This document shows, piece after piece, positions 37,555 through 45,701 of a stretch of 64,000 bases of DNA. Each line of letters begins with the position of its first letter. Positions within the stretch are counted from its first letter, which is position 1. A model generated the notes under the pieces. It did not search any database, was not told the origin of the DNA, and worked only from the letters and a program-made list of their open reading frames with translations. The DNA is from a virus. Taxonomy: Duplodnaviria; Caudoviricetes. Both the position numbers and the translations under genes were made by a program. Location: IMG/VR virus record IMGVR_UViG_3300050491_000011; one strand, written 5' to 3'.

Positions 37555-37947
37555 ATGACTCACATGCTGAACATCACGCTGGATAAGAACGATCGCGATA
37601 AACACTTCACCACTTACAAAGGTCGTAAGATCTACATCTCACCTCTTGCCGATAGTCGCGATAAGCCAGCCGCACCTGTCATCGCATTCAAAGGTCTTCT
37701 AGAAGGACATCTGACCGTCCACATGGTTAAGACTTTTGACGGATACACTGACGAGTATCGACACACAATCCACAGTGGCGATTATAAGGGATACGTCTTC
37801 GTACTCGACCACGGATTCAAGATCAGCGTAGAAGAATTCAATAAGCGCTTCTATCCACATTACTACAAAGAAGATGGCGATAGAATCTGGCGCTGTCCTA
37901 CACGTAGTTTAGACGAAGCGTGGGAGCATTCAGAAGAATACATTTAA
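37555..37947 (+). CDS. hypothetical protein
   Basis: AGGAG RBS after CACACAT motif. Confidence 0.75.
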   Translation: MTHMLNITLDKNDRDKHFTTYKGRKIYISPLADSRDKPAAPVIAFKGLLEGHLTVHMVKTFDGYTDEYRHTIHSGDYKGYVFVLDHGFKISVEEFNKRFYPHYYKEDGDRIWRCPTRSLDEAWEHSEEYI

Positions 37948-37952
37948 ATCGT

Positions 37953-38040
37953 AGTCAAATTAATTACAGTCACACATAGCGAGAGTACATACACACAACG
38001 ATATCCATTCCGGATACGTTAAACGACCGTGGAGGTCAAC
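37953..38040 (+). repeat. promoter-leader module, copy 1
   Basis: 25-bp exact match AGTCAAATTAATTACAGTCACACAT with 59207-59231, plus shared AACGATATC..GATACGTT hairpin and SD hairpin. Confidence 0.85.
38025..38037 (+). promoter_or_regulatory. SD hairpin GACC-GTGGA-GGTC
   Basis: ATG 38041. Confidence 0.8.
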
Positions 38041-38433
38041 ATGTCTGCAATCACTATCGCTACTATCGAAGCCACCCTGCGTGCAGTACTGACCGCTCCA
38101 GAAGGCGCTCAGGTAATTACCTTCTCTCAAGGTGCTCTCGATCAGATGAATGAAGTAACCGACGTCATCATCACTGCCACCGGCTACGATGAAACCAAGG
38201 TTACTGAAGAAGAGCTGATGATCGCTGCTGCCTTCGCCAACCACTTCACCAAAGACGCAGTTACCGGCGAGGTAGTGGATGGCGTTATCCAGCCATCGCC
38301 TGAAGTAGAGTTCCGTGCCGAAGTTGTTCGGGTGAAAGAACTCTACAGTCTGGGTAGCGAGATGCACGGCGTAGCTCTGCCTGTAGTCCTGCTTTGCAAA
38401 GTGTTCAATTCCCTGACTCACTTCACTCGCTAA
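38041..38433 (+). CDS. hypothetical protein, tandem paralog of 38460-38846
   Basis: SD hairpin; MS.IT.A.IE..LR.V.TAP.GA. Confidence 0.85.
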   Translation: MSAITIATIEATLRAVLTAPEGAQVITFSQGALDQMNEVTDVIITATGYDETKVTEEELMIAAAFANHFTKDAVTGEVVDGVIQPSPEVEFRAEVVRVKELYSLGSEMHGVALPVVLLCKVFNSLTHFTR

Positions 38434-38443
38434 TCAAACCAAC

Positions 38444-38456
38444 GACCGAGGAGGTC
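38444..38456 (+). promoter_or_regulatory. SD hairpin GACC-GAGGA-GGTC
   Basis: ATG 38460. Confidence 0.8.
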
Positions 38457-38459
38457 AAC

Positions 38460-38846
38460 ATGAGCAATATCACTGTAGCTCTTATCGAAGAGCAGCTTCG
38501 CAATGTTATCACCGCTCCTACTGGGGCTCACTTGATCGTCATCCCGGAAGCTTCGTTGAAGCAACTCCAGCAGGTGAGTGATGCGTTTGTTGAGGCTAGC
38601 AACCTCGACCTCAACAACGTTTCCGATGACGCATTGCAAGCCGCCTGGATGGCTGCTGAGATGTACAGCAAGAATCACATCACCGGTGAGATCGTTGCCG
38701 GTGAGTTGATCACTTACAATCAGGAAGCATTGGACAAGAACCTCAAGTCCATTCGTGAGAACCCTGACTTCGTCAATGAAGGCTTGGCTCTCACCATCTA
38801 CCTGCTGAACAAGATCTTCGCCGAAGTCAAACAATTCCGTCGTTAA
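38460..38846 (+). CDS. hypothetical protein, tandem paralog of 38041-38433
   Basis: SD hairpin; aligns with paralog over full length. Confidence 0.85.
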   Translation: MSNITVALIEEQLRNVITAPTGAHLIVIPEASLKQLQQVSDAFVEASNLDLNNVSDDALQAAWMAAEMYSKNHITGEIVAGELITYNQEALDKNLKSIRENPDFVNEGLALTIYLLNKIFAEVKQFRR

Positions 38847-38856
38847 GGAGATTGAG

Positions 38857-39177
38857 ATGCGCTGGGTAGAAGTCCATGGATTAACGATCGCTGCTGTCAT
38901 GGTGATTATCGCATCACTGATACTCATCGGCATGGTGCTTTACAAATACAGCCGCTATAACGATGAGACTCACGAATACTGGGAACGGGTTATCAAGAAG
39001 ACTATCAATCAGATTGATAAGCTCTCCCAGAAGAAAGGGTACAGGCTCAAGCCAGCTGATTCAGCAATGATCATCTGGGCTGGGCATCACTGTACCGTGA
39101 AGAACTTCCGCAAGGAAGAGCTGGAAACGTATTTCATTCAATTGAAAGACGTGCTACACTCGATTGAGAAACACTAG
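38857..39177 (+). CDS. membrane-anchored protein
   Basis: AGGAG RBS; N-terminal TM. Confidence 0.75.
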   Translation: MRWVEVHGLTIAAVMVIIASLILIGMVLYKYSRYNDETHEYWERVIKKTINQIDKLSQKKGYRLKPADSAMIIWAGHHCTVKNFRKEELETYFIQLKDVLHSIEKH

Positions 39178-39187
39178 ACCACCTATC

Positions 39188-39200
39188 GCCCGAGGAGGGC
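39188..39200 (+). promoter_or_regulatory. SD hairpin GCCC-GAGGA-GGGC (compensatory variant)
   Basis: ATG 39207. Confidence 0.8.
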
Positions 39201-39206
39201 AACATC

Positions 39207-39653
39207 ATGTTCTGCGCAACCCGTAATGAAGTAGCACTGACCAAGAAACGTTTTGAAGCTAAAACTCAAGACGACTTCACGGCCGGCATGTACACCATCG
39301 CGACTAAGCTGAACAAGTTCGCCGATTTCGCAATGTTCGATTCGTCTCACAACAATGACGGCATTCGGATGACTTTCTTTGTAGAGAATGCAAAAGGCGA
39401 GGAAATCGTTAAAGGGATCTACCGCAAGTGGGCTCAGCTTCTGGCTAGCTCAATGCCAACCGGTGGCGTGAAGCGCAAGATGTACGCTACGACTCAAATC
39501 GCCGTACGTCAAATGCGTCACCCGTACGCGGAAGGTCGTGATGTCCCAGTCTGGGTTTGGGAGATCTCTACCGGGTACGAACCTCGCACCAACGTTGGTA
39601 CAGTCTACGAGCTATTGAAGACTGCTATCGAATACGTTGAGAAGCATCATTAA
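39207..39653 (+). CDS. hypothetical protein
   Basis: SD hairpin variant GCCC/GGGC. Confidence 0.8.
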   Translation: MFCATRNEVALTKKRFEAKTQDDFTAGMYTIATKLNKFADFAMFDSSHNNDGIRMTFFVENAKGEEIVKGIYRKWAQLLASSMPTGGVKRKMYATTQIAVRQMRHPYAEGRDVPVWVWEISTGYEPRTNVGTVYELLKTAIEYVEKHH

Positions 39654-39711
39654 TTGAAACCCAGGCGGGGTTCCTCCCCGCCAACCTCATTTCTTATTTA
39701 GGAGCTTCACC

Positions 39712-40422
39712 ATGACTGCTACAAATAACGCTGTACGGGTAATGGCTGCACTGGTTGAATCCGGTGGTCGTTACATCGATGGTCACAACAACCAGACGAC
39801 CGCCGTCAAGTACGCTGCAATCTTCAAGCGTCCTGACATGGAAGACATGGTTGTACCTCTCCTCACCAACACTTACTTCTCCTTGAGCGCCATCGAGGTC
39901 AATGAGGATGGTGTACTCCGCATGTCTCCGTGGTCTGTCGGCGGTGTAGTCGATAGCCGTGGTCTGACCATGGAACAAACTATCGCTGCTTTCAACGAGT
40001 CCTACAAGACCAGCTCTCTGGTAGAGCTTACCGAGTTCGAAGCGAAGCCTGAGCCTAAGGAAGAGAAACCTTTCTTCCTGCGCCGTGAAGCTTTCTACAG
40101 TGGCAACACTGAAGGTGAGACTCACGATGCTGAAGGTACGATCTTCTACCGTAACTCTTACCACAACACCATCAGCGACAAGCCGGCTGTTGACTGGCAG
40201 ATCGCACGCGCCACTGGGTTGAAACCGAACGACGTCTATGTTCGTGAGTACACCGAAGAAGGCAAGATCCGCAACTACGTTCACCTGCCGGTGATGGAGA
40301 AGCTGATCGAGTACAGCGACTTCTGCAACGCCAACGGTATCCAGTGCGCCGAGATCCGTAATCTGGATGCTATCAAAGCGGCCATCGCTCAGTTCTATCA
40401 GCTGCGCGGCATCATCTGCTAA
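39712..40422 (+). CDS. hypothetical protein
   Basis: AGGAG RBS. Confidence 0.8.
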   Translation: MTATNNAVRVMAALVESGGRYIDGHNNQTTAVKYAAIFKRPDMEDMVVPLLTNTYFSLSAIEVNEDGVLRMSPWSVGGVVDSRGLTMEQTIAAFNESYKTSSLVELTEFEAKPEPKEEKPFFLRREAFYSGNTEGETHDAEGTIFYRNSYHNTISDKPAVDWQIARATGLKPNDVYVREYTEEGKIRNYVHLPVMEKLIEYSDFCNANGIQCAEIRNLDAIKAAIAQFYQLRGIIC

Positions 40423-40425
40423 TTA

Positions 40426-40459
40426 GGGTGGGGACTTCGGTCCCCATTCTTTTTTTTTG
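40426..40459 (+). terminator. intrinsic terminator
   Basis: GGGGAC-TTCG-GTCCCC + T9. Confidence 0.85.
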
Positions 40460-40466
40460 TCGTAAT

Positions 40467-40501
40467 CCGTAATTAGTTACAGATGGCGATGTACTACTAT
40501 G
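40467..40501 (+). promoter_or_regulatory. CCGTAATTAGTTAC-N17-TATG putative promoter
   Basis: bipartite copy. Confidence 0.6.
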
Positions 40502-40827
40502 TAGAAACACCCTCGTTGATTAGTCAACGCCCAGTTGATACACCTAGCTCTTTTACAATTTGGGTCTCCCTGCCGATAGTCTTGAGTACGGTGCCAATAC
40601 GGTCACGCTCTTGCTTCCCTCGCATAGACAACTCGCTTAGCTGGTATAAAGCCCAGCAAACCCCTAGCGGTCTGACAGAGTCTGATCGCGTTCCCTAAGA
40701 GTTTGGAATAGTACCAGTACAGTACGGGTTCAATCGCCGCGATTGCTTTAGTACTCGAACAAACGTGCCGGGCCTTTCGGAGCATCCCGTAAGAAATATA
40801 AAGCCCGGCCTCGCGCCGGGCTTTATG
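40501..40827 (+). ncRNA. candidate structured RNA C / attenuator-like leader
   Basis: palindrome+TATG promoter; hairpins 40514-40529, 40640-40657, 40732-40744; terminator 40798-40826. Confidence 0.45.
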
Positions 40828-40910
40828 CTGCATGCGTAATAAAAGAAAACAGAGTCTTATATTGTACACTTGAATCTATACCGCCCCTAATACCCGCACG
40901 GAGCATCAAC

Positions 40911-41708
40911 ATGTCTGCCTACCTGTCGCAACAAGATCAAATCAAAGTCAACATTCTGGAAGGCTACGCTCCTCGCAAGCTTACCAATGTGGAAGTCATC
41001 ATCAACGAGATCCGTCTGTTCGATTGGACCTATCCTGATAGTGACTGCCCTAAGGCCTACAGGGCTGGCGCTGAGCGTAAAGAAGTTCTGCGTAGCGCTA
41101 TCTCCTACACGCTTGGCGATAACCCGTCTCTCGCTACTCTGGCGCGTGCTGCGCTGGAAGGTCAACAGGCCCGTAACGATCTGTTTGACAAATACCCGTA
41201 CGTCAAGCACTTCGATCTGATGAATGCCAAGCACCACAAAGGTCTGCTCGGTTGTCATCTGGCTGGTATTGAAGAACATCGTGTCCGTGGAGCCATCAGC
41301 TTCCTCAAAGACCTCTACGACGTCGTTGTAGCGCTTCCAGCGAACAAGAGCAACGTATTCATCTCCACCAATAGAACGCCGATGTATCGCGAGCTGAGAG
41401 CCATTGCTACCAACTCCAAGGTTCCGGCTCTCTTCGGTATGGCGATCCCGGCTCCGCTTCAGAAGCAGGTCTATGAACTCCTGCGTATCAACACGTATAC
41501 GCTCGACACCATCCAGACGTACAGCCTGCACTGCACCGACGAAATGATGGATTACTACAAGAACCATCCGAGCGCCAAAGAAGCTTTCCGCGTCTTCAAT
41601 ATGTTTGAAGTCGTTAACTGCCCTTACGTGCAGGATGCGAAGTATCTTCAGGTCATCATGAATGATCGGTACTACTCGTTCTACGTCAAGCGTAATCAAT
41701 TCGTGTAA
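40911..41708 (+). CDS. hypothetical protein
   Basis: GGAG RBS, 265 aa. Confidence 0.8.
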   Translation: MSAYLSQQDQIKVNILEGYAPRKLTNVEVIINEIRLFDWTYPDSDCPKAYRAGAERKEVLRSAISYTLGDNPSLATLARAALEGQQARNDLFDKYPYVKHFDLMNAKHHKGLLGCHLAGIEEHRVRGAISFLKDLYDVVVALPANKSNVFISTNRTPMYRELRAIATNSKVPALFGMAIPAPLQKQVYELLRINTYTLDTIQTYSLHCTDEMMDYYKNHPSAKEAFRVFNMFEVVNCPYVQDAKYLQVIMNDRYYSFYVKRNQFV

Positions 41709-41710
41709 CT

Positions 41711-41751
41711 AGGTGGGAGGCTTCGGCCTCCTGCCCCTCCTTCTTTTTTTT
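41711..41751 (+). terminator. intrinsic terminator with displaced T run
   Basis: GGAGGC-TTCG-GCCTCC, spacer, T8. Confidence 0.75.
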
Positions 41752-41753
41752 GG

Positions 41754-42569
41754 GTGATTTCCGTGAGCGATATTAAAGTCATGGTTAGCGGTGCAGTGGG
41801 CGTTGGTAAGAGTCACGTATTGGCGGTCATTGAGCGAGCCTTGAATGAGGCTTACGGAGATACCATCAAGATCGAATGTGAGGACACTGAGAGCGAGCGT
41901 CGATCTATCGGTGAAGACATCCGTGAGTGGCAGCAGCCTACGGTTGAGAAGATCATTCTAACGCCGTATACGGCGTGGCGTCGAGAAGAGATCGTTGAGG
42001 ATGGCGACGTACCTGCCCTCGATTACTTTAGTGAGTGGACGACAGGTCGGGTAAGTGAAGTAGTCCCTGCTAATCTGTCTCCGTCTGAAGTCAGCGATAT
42101 GGTTAAAGCTTTCGATGAACTGTATCCTCCGTTCAAGCCTCGGTACGAATCGCTGAATGGTCGGATCATTCGGATGGATGAAGGTCATCCAACTGCGGCT
42201 AAAGCAGCTCTCGCCAAACTGGCTGAGTCTGCGAACTTACTGCACGTCGAAATGTTCATGCCGGGTGATACCAACCAGATGATCGGGCTGGGTTACATGA
42301 ATGACGCCAACCTCGCAGTGCAGTACGCGAACCTTATTAAAGGCATGGTCTTCGATATGGCATTCGTTGAACCGTACTTCGGTGATCAGGAAAAGGTCAC
42401 TACGTTCCGTAATGTAGAAGTCCAGTCTGCGATGACTCAAAAGAATGACGGTAAGACTTCAGCGTCCGTTGGATTCAAAGTCGGTAAGATGCGCGTCCAC
42501 CTTCGGAATAAGCACGACAACGATCCATTGCAGTTCGGCATTCCTCTTGGCGTTACCGAGGAAAGCTAA
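41754..42569 (+). CDS. hypothetical protein with N-terminal P-loop-like motif
   Basis: GAVGVGKS near N-terminus. Confidence 0.7.
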   Translation: MISVSDIKVMVSGAVGVGKSHVLAVIERALNEAYGDTIKIECEDTESERRSIGEDIREWQQPTVEKIILTPYTAWRREEIVEDGDVPALDYFSEWTTGRVSEVVPANLSPSEVSDMVKAFDELYPPFKPRYESLNGRIIRMDEGHPTAAKAALAKLAESANLLHVEMFMPGDTNQMIGLGYMNDANLAVQYANLIKGMVFDMAFVEPYFGDQEKVTTFRNVEVQSAMTQKNDGKTSASVGFKVGKMRVHLRNKHDNDPLQFGIPLGVTEES

Positions 42570-42570
42570 T

Positions 42571-42603
42571 CCGTAATTAATTACGGGTGATGGAATCAGT
42601 ATG
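42571..42603 (+). promoter_or_regulatory. CCGTAATTAATTACGG (perfect palindrome)...TATG putative promoter
   Basis: bipartite copy, 15-nt spacer after TTAC. Confidence 0.65.
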
Positions 42604-42796
42604 TGAGAACGTCCTCCGACCATTAAAGTCCTAAGCTTGGTCGCCCAATGTCCTGCGTGGTCGTGGGGTGTCTTCACGTTCAATGAGAAGTTGTACGGTT
42701 GCGGTATTTCCTGTGCTTAAACTCTCATCCGCTCATTGAACATCTTGCACTCCGTCGGTGGCTTCGGTCATCGACGGGGTTATTTTTCGCTTTATG
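42603..42796 (+). ncRNA. candidate structured RNA D (about 190 nt)
   Basis: perfect 16-bp palindrome+TATG; 10-bp stem 42678-42687/42732-42741; terminator 42750-42779; no + strand ORF. Confidence 0.5.
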
Positions 42797-42856
42797 CTGC
42801 ATGTTAGGGATCGTATGTAGTGAATTGGTTCGCTACTTTTAGCAAGGAACTTCACC

Positions 42857-43381
42857 ATGAAAGTGAATATCGCTATCACCGCCAAGGCTAACATCTTGGC
42901 AGCAATCAACGCGGCCAACGCTGCAACGTCCACCAACATCACTGAAGCTCAAGTGACCTGGGAGTTGCCTGTCGTATCCGCCGGCATTGCCGGCCGTAAC
43001 ACTAGCGTAACTCTGTTCGGCATTGACGGTCAAGGCATCGAAGGTGGTCGTACCTTCTCATACACCCGTCAACCGCTGAGCGGCGGCGCTATCGCCACCA
43101 CCGCCCCTGCTTTCGTACCAATCCTCGAGGCCGACACCCGTCCTCAGGTATTGGCGAAGGTCATCACCGCTCTGGGCCTGCTGGCCAGCGAGATCGAAGA
43201 CATCTCGTACACCGCTCCTGTGGATCTCGCCACTCCGGGCACCATGCAGATCGCGGCAATCGCGAACAGTTACCTGTACTACGATCTGAAAGACGTCGAA
43301 ATCCGTCTGGCAGACCTGGACGTACCGTTCGCTGAAATCGCTCCAATCGTTGACTTGGATGCTTTCGAAGCTGAAGAGTAA
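42857..43381 (+). CDS. virion tail/baseplate adaptor-family protein
   Basis: G.....F.Y.R..L motif shared with the minus-strand array. Confidence 0.7.
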   Translation: MKVNIAITAKANILAAINAANAATSTNITEAQVTWELPVVSAGIAGRNTSVTLFGIDGQGIEGGRTFSYTRQPLSGGAIATTAPAFVPILEADTRPQVLAKVITALGLLASEIEDISYTAPVDLATPGTMQIAAIANSYLYYDLKDVEIRLADLDVPFAEIAPIVDLDAFEAEE

Positions 43382-43391
43382 TTGATGTAAA

Positions 43392-43421
43392 CATAAGGCC
43401 CGGCTTCGGCCGGGCTTTATG
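43392..43421 (+). terminator. CATAAGGCCCGGC-TTCG-GCCGGGCTTTATG hairpin
   Basis: near-identical to 30463 copy. Confidence 0.75.
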
Positions 43422-43465
43422 CTATGCGAGGGGTGTTTATACTCTTCACAGTTTGAGGGTTCCTT

Positions 43466-43912
43466 ATGAAAATCAATTTGGCGATCAGTTCCGTTGCCAA
43501 CGTATTGGGTTTGATCAACGAGAAGAATGGATCGAACATCACCGAGTCTCAAGTTACTGTCGATGAAATTATCGAGAGCGATGAGAACCCAGGCGATAAC
43601 ACCAAGATCACGTTGTCAGGGAAGAACGGCCACGGTATTGATGGAACGCGTTCGTTTTACTACGGACGTGTAAATGTGGTGTCGCAACAGTCGCCACCGA
43701 CAGGGATCGTCATCTTGGCTCCTGGCGAAGTAGGTGGTGAGGCTGTGGCGAAGATCCTCACACAACTCAACATCCGGCTTGAAGACATAGCCTACGACAA
43801 TTGGGTATTCCCAACTGAAGGCGTGGATGGTGGTGTAGATATCTGGGGGTTGGAAGGTTCGCCTATCTATACTCCAGATGTAATCAGAGTCACCCTTACG
43901 CAGTCAGCGTAA
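43466..43912 (+). CDS. virion adaptor-family protein
   Basis: GTRSFYYGRVNV motif. Confidence 0.7.
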   Translation: MKINLAISSVANVLGLINEKNGSNITESQVTVDEIIESDENPGDNTKITLSGKNGHGIDGTRSFYYGRVNVVSQQSPPTGIVILAPGEVGGEAVAKILTQLNIRLEDIAYDNWVFPTEGVDGGVDIWGLEGSPIYTPDVIRVTLTQSA

Positions 43913-43919
43913 TCAACAG

Positions 43920-43949
43920 CATACAGCCCGGCTTACGCCGGGCCTTATG
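43920..43949. terminator. bidirectional CATACAGCCCGGC/GCCGGGCCTTATG hairpin
   Basis: between convergent structural genes. Confidence 0.8.
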
Positions 43950-43954
43950 TCGCG

Positions 43955-44611
43955 TTATGCTTCTGGATCGAAACCCGGAAGGTCTGTTACAGGAGCAACG
44001 GTAGCGAATGGAACATCCGAATCAGTGGAGCCGATGCGGATTGTCGTGCCTGGCAAGAAGTAGATACTGCTAGCCAGAGTTGTCAGCAAGATCGAAGTAG
44101 CGTCCGGCGCGATAGGTCCATCGGCCACATCTGTTTGATCTAGCTTCACGGTGAACTTGGTATTGATAGCCGCCAAGGTCTCCCAGATGGTAGCGCCCAC
44201 CGTTGCCGGTAGGCTCAACGTCTGTCCATCGAAAGCATCCGATATAGGCATGCGAGCGTAGACAAACGTGTAGCTACCAGAATACCCTGAACTCTTTCTC
44301 GCGGTTACAAGAATGGTCGTGTTGTTCGACGTCTGAGTGTCAGGGTTTGGCTGTGGTGTGGCGAAGGTCAGCTGAGACGCGATGAAGTTTACAGCTTTCT
44401 CTTTATTGATCGCCGCCAGTAACCCGTCCTTACCAAACAAGTTAAGGTTTGGGCGCTTCACCACATCCACTAGCGCGTAGCCACTTACACGCCGAAGCGT
44501 GACAGGCTCCACAGCGTCGGCAAGCGTATAACCATCGATCGCACGAACTTCAAATGTCGGTAACGATCTTACAGCTACGTAAAGGTCAACACCCCGCAAG
44601 GTAGTAGACAT
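43955..44611 (-). CDS. adaptor-family virion protein with 3 N-terminal GY(A/T)L-type repeats
   Basis: FVYARMPI, LAAIN motifs. Confidence 0.75.
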   Translation of the reverse strand: MSTTLRGVDLYVAVRSLPTFEVRAIDGYTLADAVEPVTLRRVSGYALVDVVKRPNLNLFGKDGLLAAINKEKAVNFIASQLTFATPQPNPDTQTSNNTTILVTARKSSGYSGSYTFVYARMPISDAFDGQTLSLPATVGATIWETLAAINTKFTVKLDQTDVADGPIAPDATSILLTTLASSIYFLPGTTIRIGSTDSDVPFATVAPVTDLPGFDPEA

Positions 44612-44622
44612 AAGTACTCCTA

Positions 44623-45696
44623 TTACGATGTAGGGGTAATGACCAATTCAAGATCACCCACGTTAGTCGCATTCAACTTACTTCCACCTGGGAGGGTGTT
44701 AGTGAGTATACCGCCTGCGACGTTGACTGTCGTCCCACCTGGAGACGGAGTCATGCCAACCGGCACCGTGTCGTTACCTGAATAACTGAAGTTCACATTG
44801 AAGTTCTGGCCGTCGGTAATCTTGGTCGATGCGACCTTTACATCTACACCAACCACATCCACTACTCCGAGGGCACTATTATCAAACTTCAGATGAAGCG
44901 GGGTGTTGCCGGCTGGCATGACGACGTTCGGCGTATTCAGACTGGCAGTACCTTCGCGACCTGTGTTCAGTACACTTGGCATATCCGATCCATCGGATGT
45001 GGTATACCCAGAACCTACAGCGGAAAGCACAGGGAGTCGCTTCACGCTAATCGGACCAAGTCTTTCGAGTGGAACTGGCGCGTCGTTACCGTCATCACAC
45101 ATCGCGTAGATATCCGAGAACATCCAGACGTCTTCAGGAGCACCGGCAGGAATCCAGCTAGCGTTCGGTTGACCGATACCCCACCAAGCCACGGTACTGA
45201 TCGTCGTCCTACTGAAGCCAGAGATCGTACCTGTAGCGGCCTGGACGTCATCGACGAATCGATACCATTTACTGGCAGTGAAGTCCATGACGATTTCGAC
45301 GTAGCAGTCATCTGGCAACGTACTAGCAGGACAATAGACCCCAAGATCAGCAGCGACCGCCGATGCTGATCCACGCACTACGAATGCGTTAGGTGCGCCA
45401 GTCGTTGCGGCTAGACGCTTAAACCTAAATCCAATGACTACCCAATTAGGGCTAGCAGCATCGCCGATCATTTTACTGATCTTCATCACGTTCTGGCCGG
45501 AAGAGGCAGCGGCGTTACCGATCGTTTTCCCAACCACGAGTTTGTTGGCAGAAATACGTGCCGGTGACAAGATCGAAAGTGTGGTGACGCATATCGGCGC
45601 CAACTCATGGTACGATAAGCCGTAGCATGTGGCTGGCGTACCAATGGCGTTACCTTCCGGCAGATTATCGAAACCGAAAAGCCTGAGTTTCTTCAT
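44623..45696 (-). CDS. lectin/ConA-like tail fibre protein (paralog L5)
   Basis: shares GFD, YVE..D...R.VD and DIY..LGP blocks. Confidence 0.7.
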   Translation of the reverse strand: MKKLRLFGFDNLPEGNAIGTPATCYGLSYHELAPICVTTLSILSPARISANKLVVGKTIGNAAASSGQNVMKISKMIGDAASPNWVVIGFRFKRLAATTGAPNAFVVRGSASAVAADLGVYCPASTLPDDCYVEIVMDFTASKWYRFVDDVQAATGTISGFSRTTISTVAWWGIGQPNASWIPAGAPEDVWMFSDIYAMCDDGNDAPVPLERLGPISVKRLPVLSAVGSGYTTSDGSDMPSVLNTGREGTASLNTPNVVMPAGNTPLHLKFDNSALGVVDVVGVDVKVASTKITDGQNFNVNFSYSGNDTVPVGMTPSPGGTTVNVAGGILTNTLPGGSKLNATNVGDLELVITPTS

Positions 45697-45701
45697 GAGA
45701 G

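Noticed and set aside
40483-40698. 71-aa ORF as a real gene
   Set aside because: No RBS, start lies upstream of the TATG, atypical composition; the segment is better explained as structured RNA.
30463-43949. GCCCGGC palindromes as a CRISPR array or IS ends
   Set aside because: Dispersed single copies at gene ends, with no regular spacers, cas genes or transposase.
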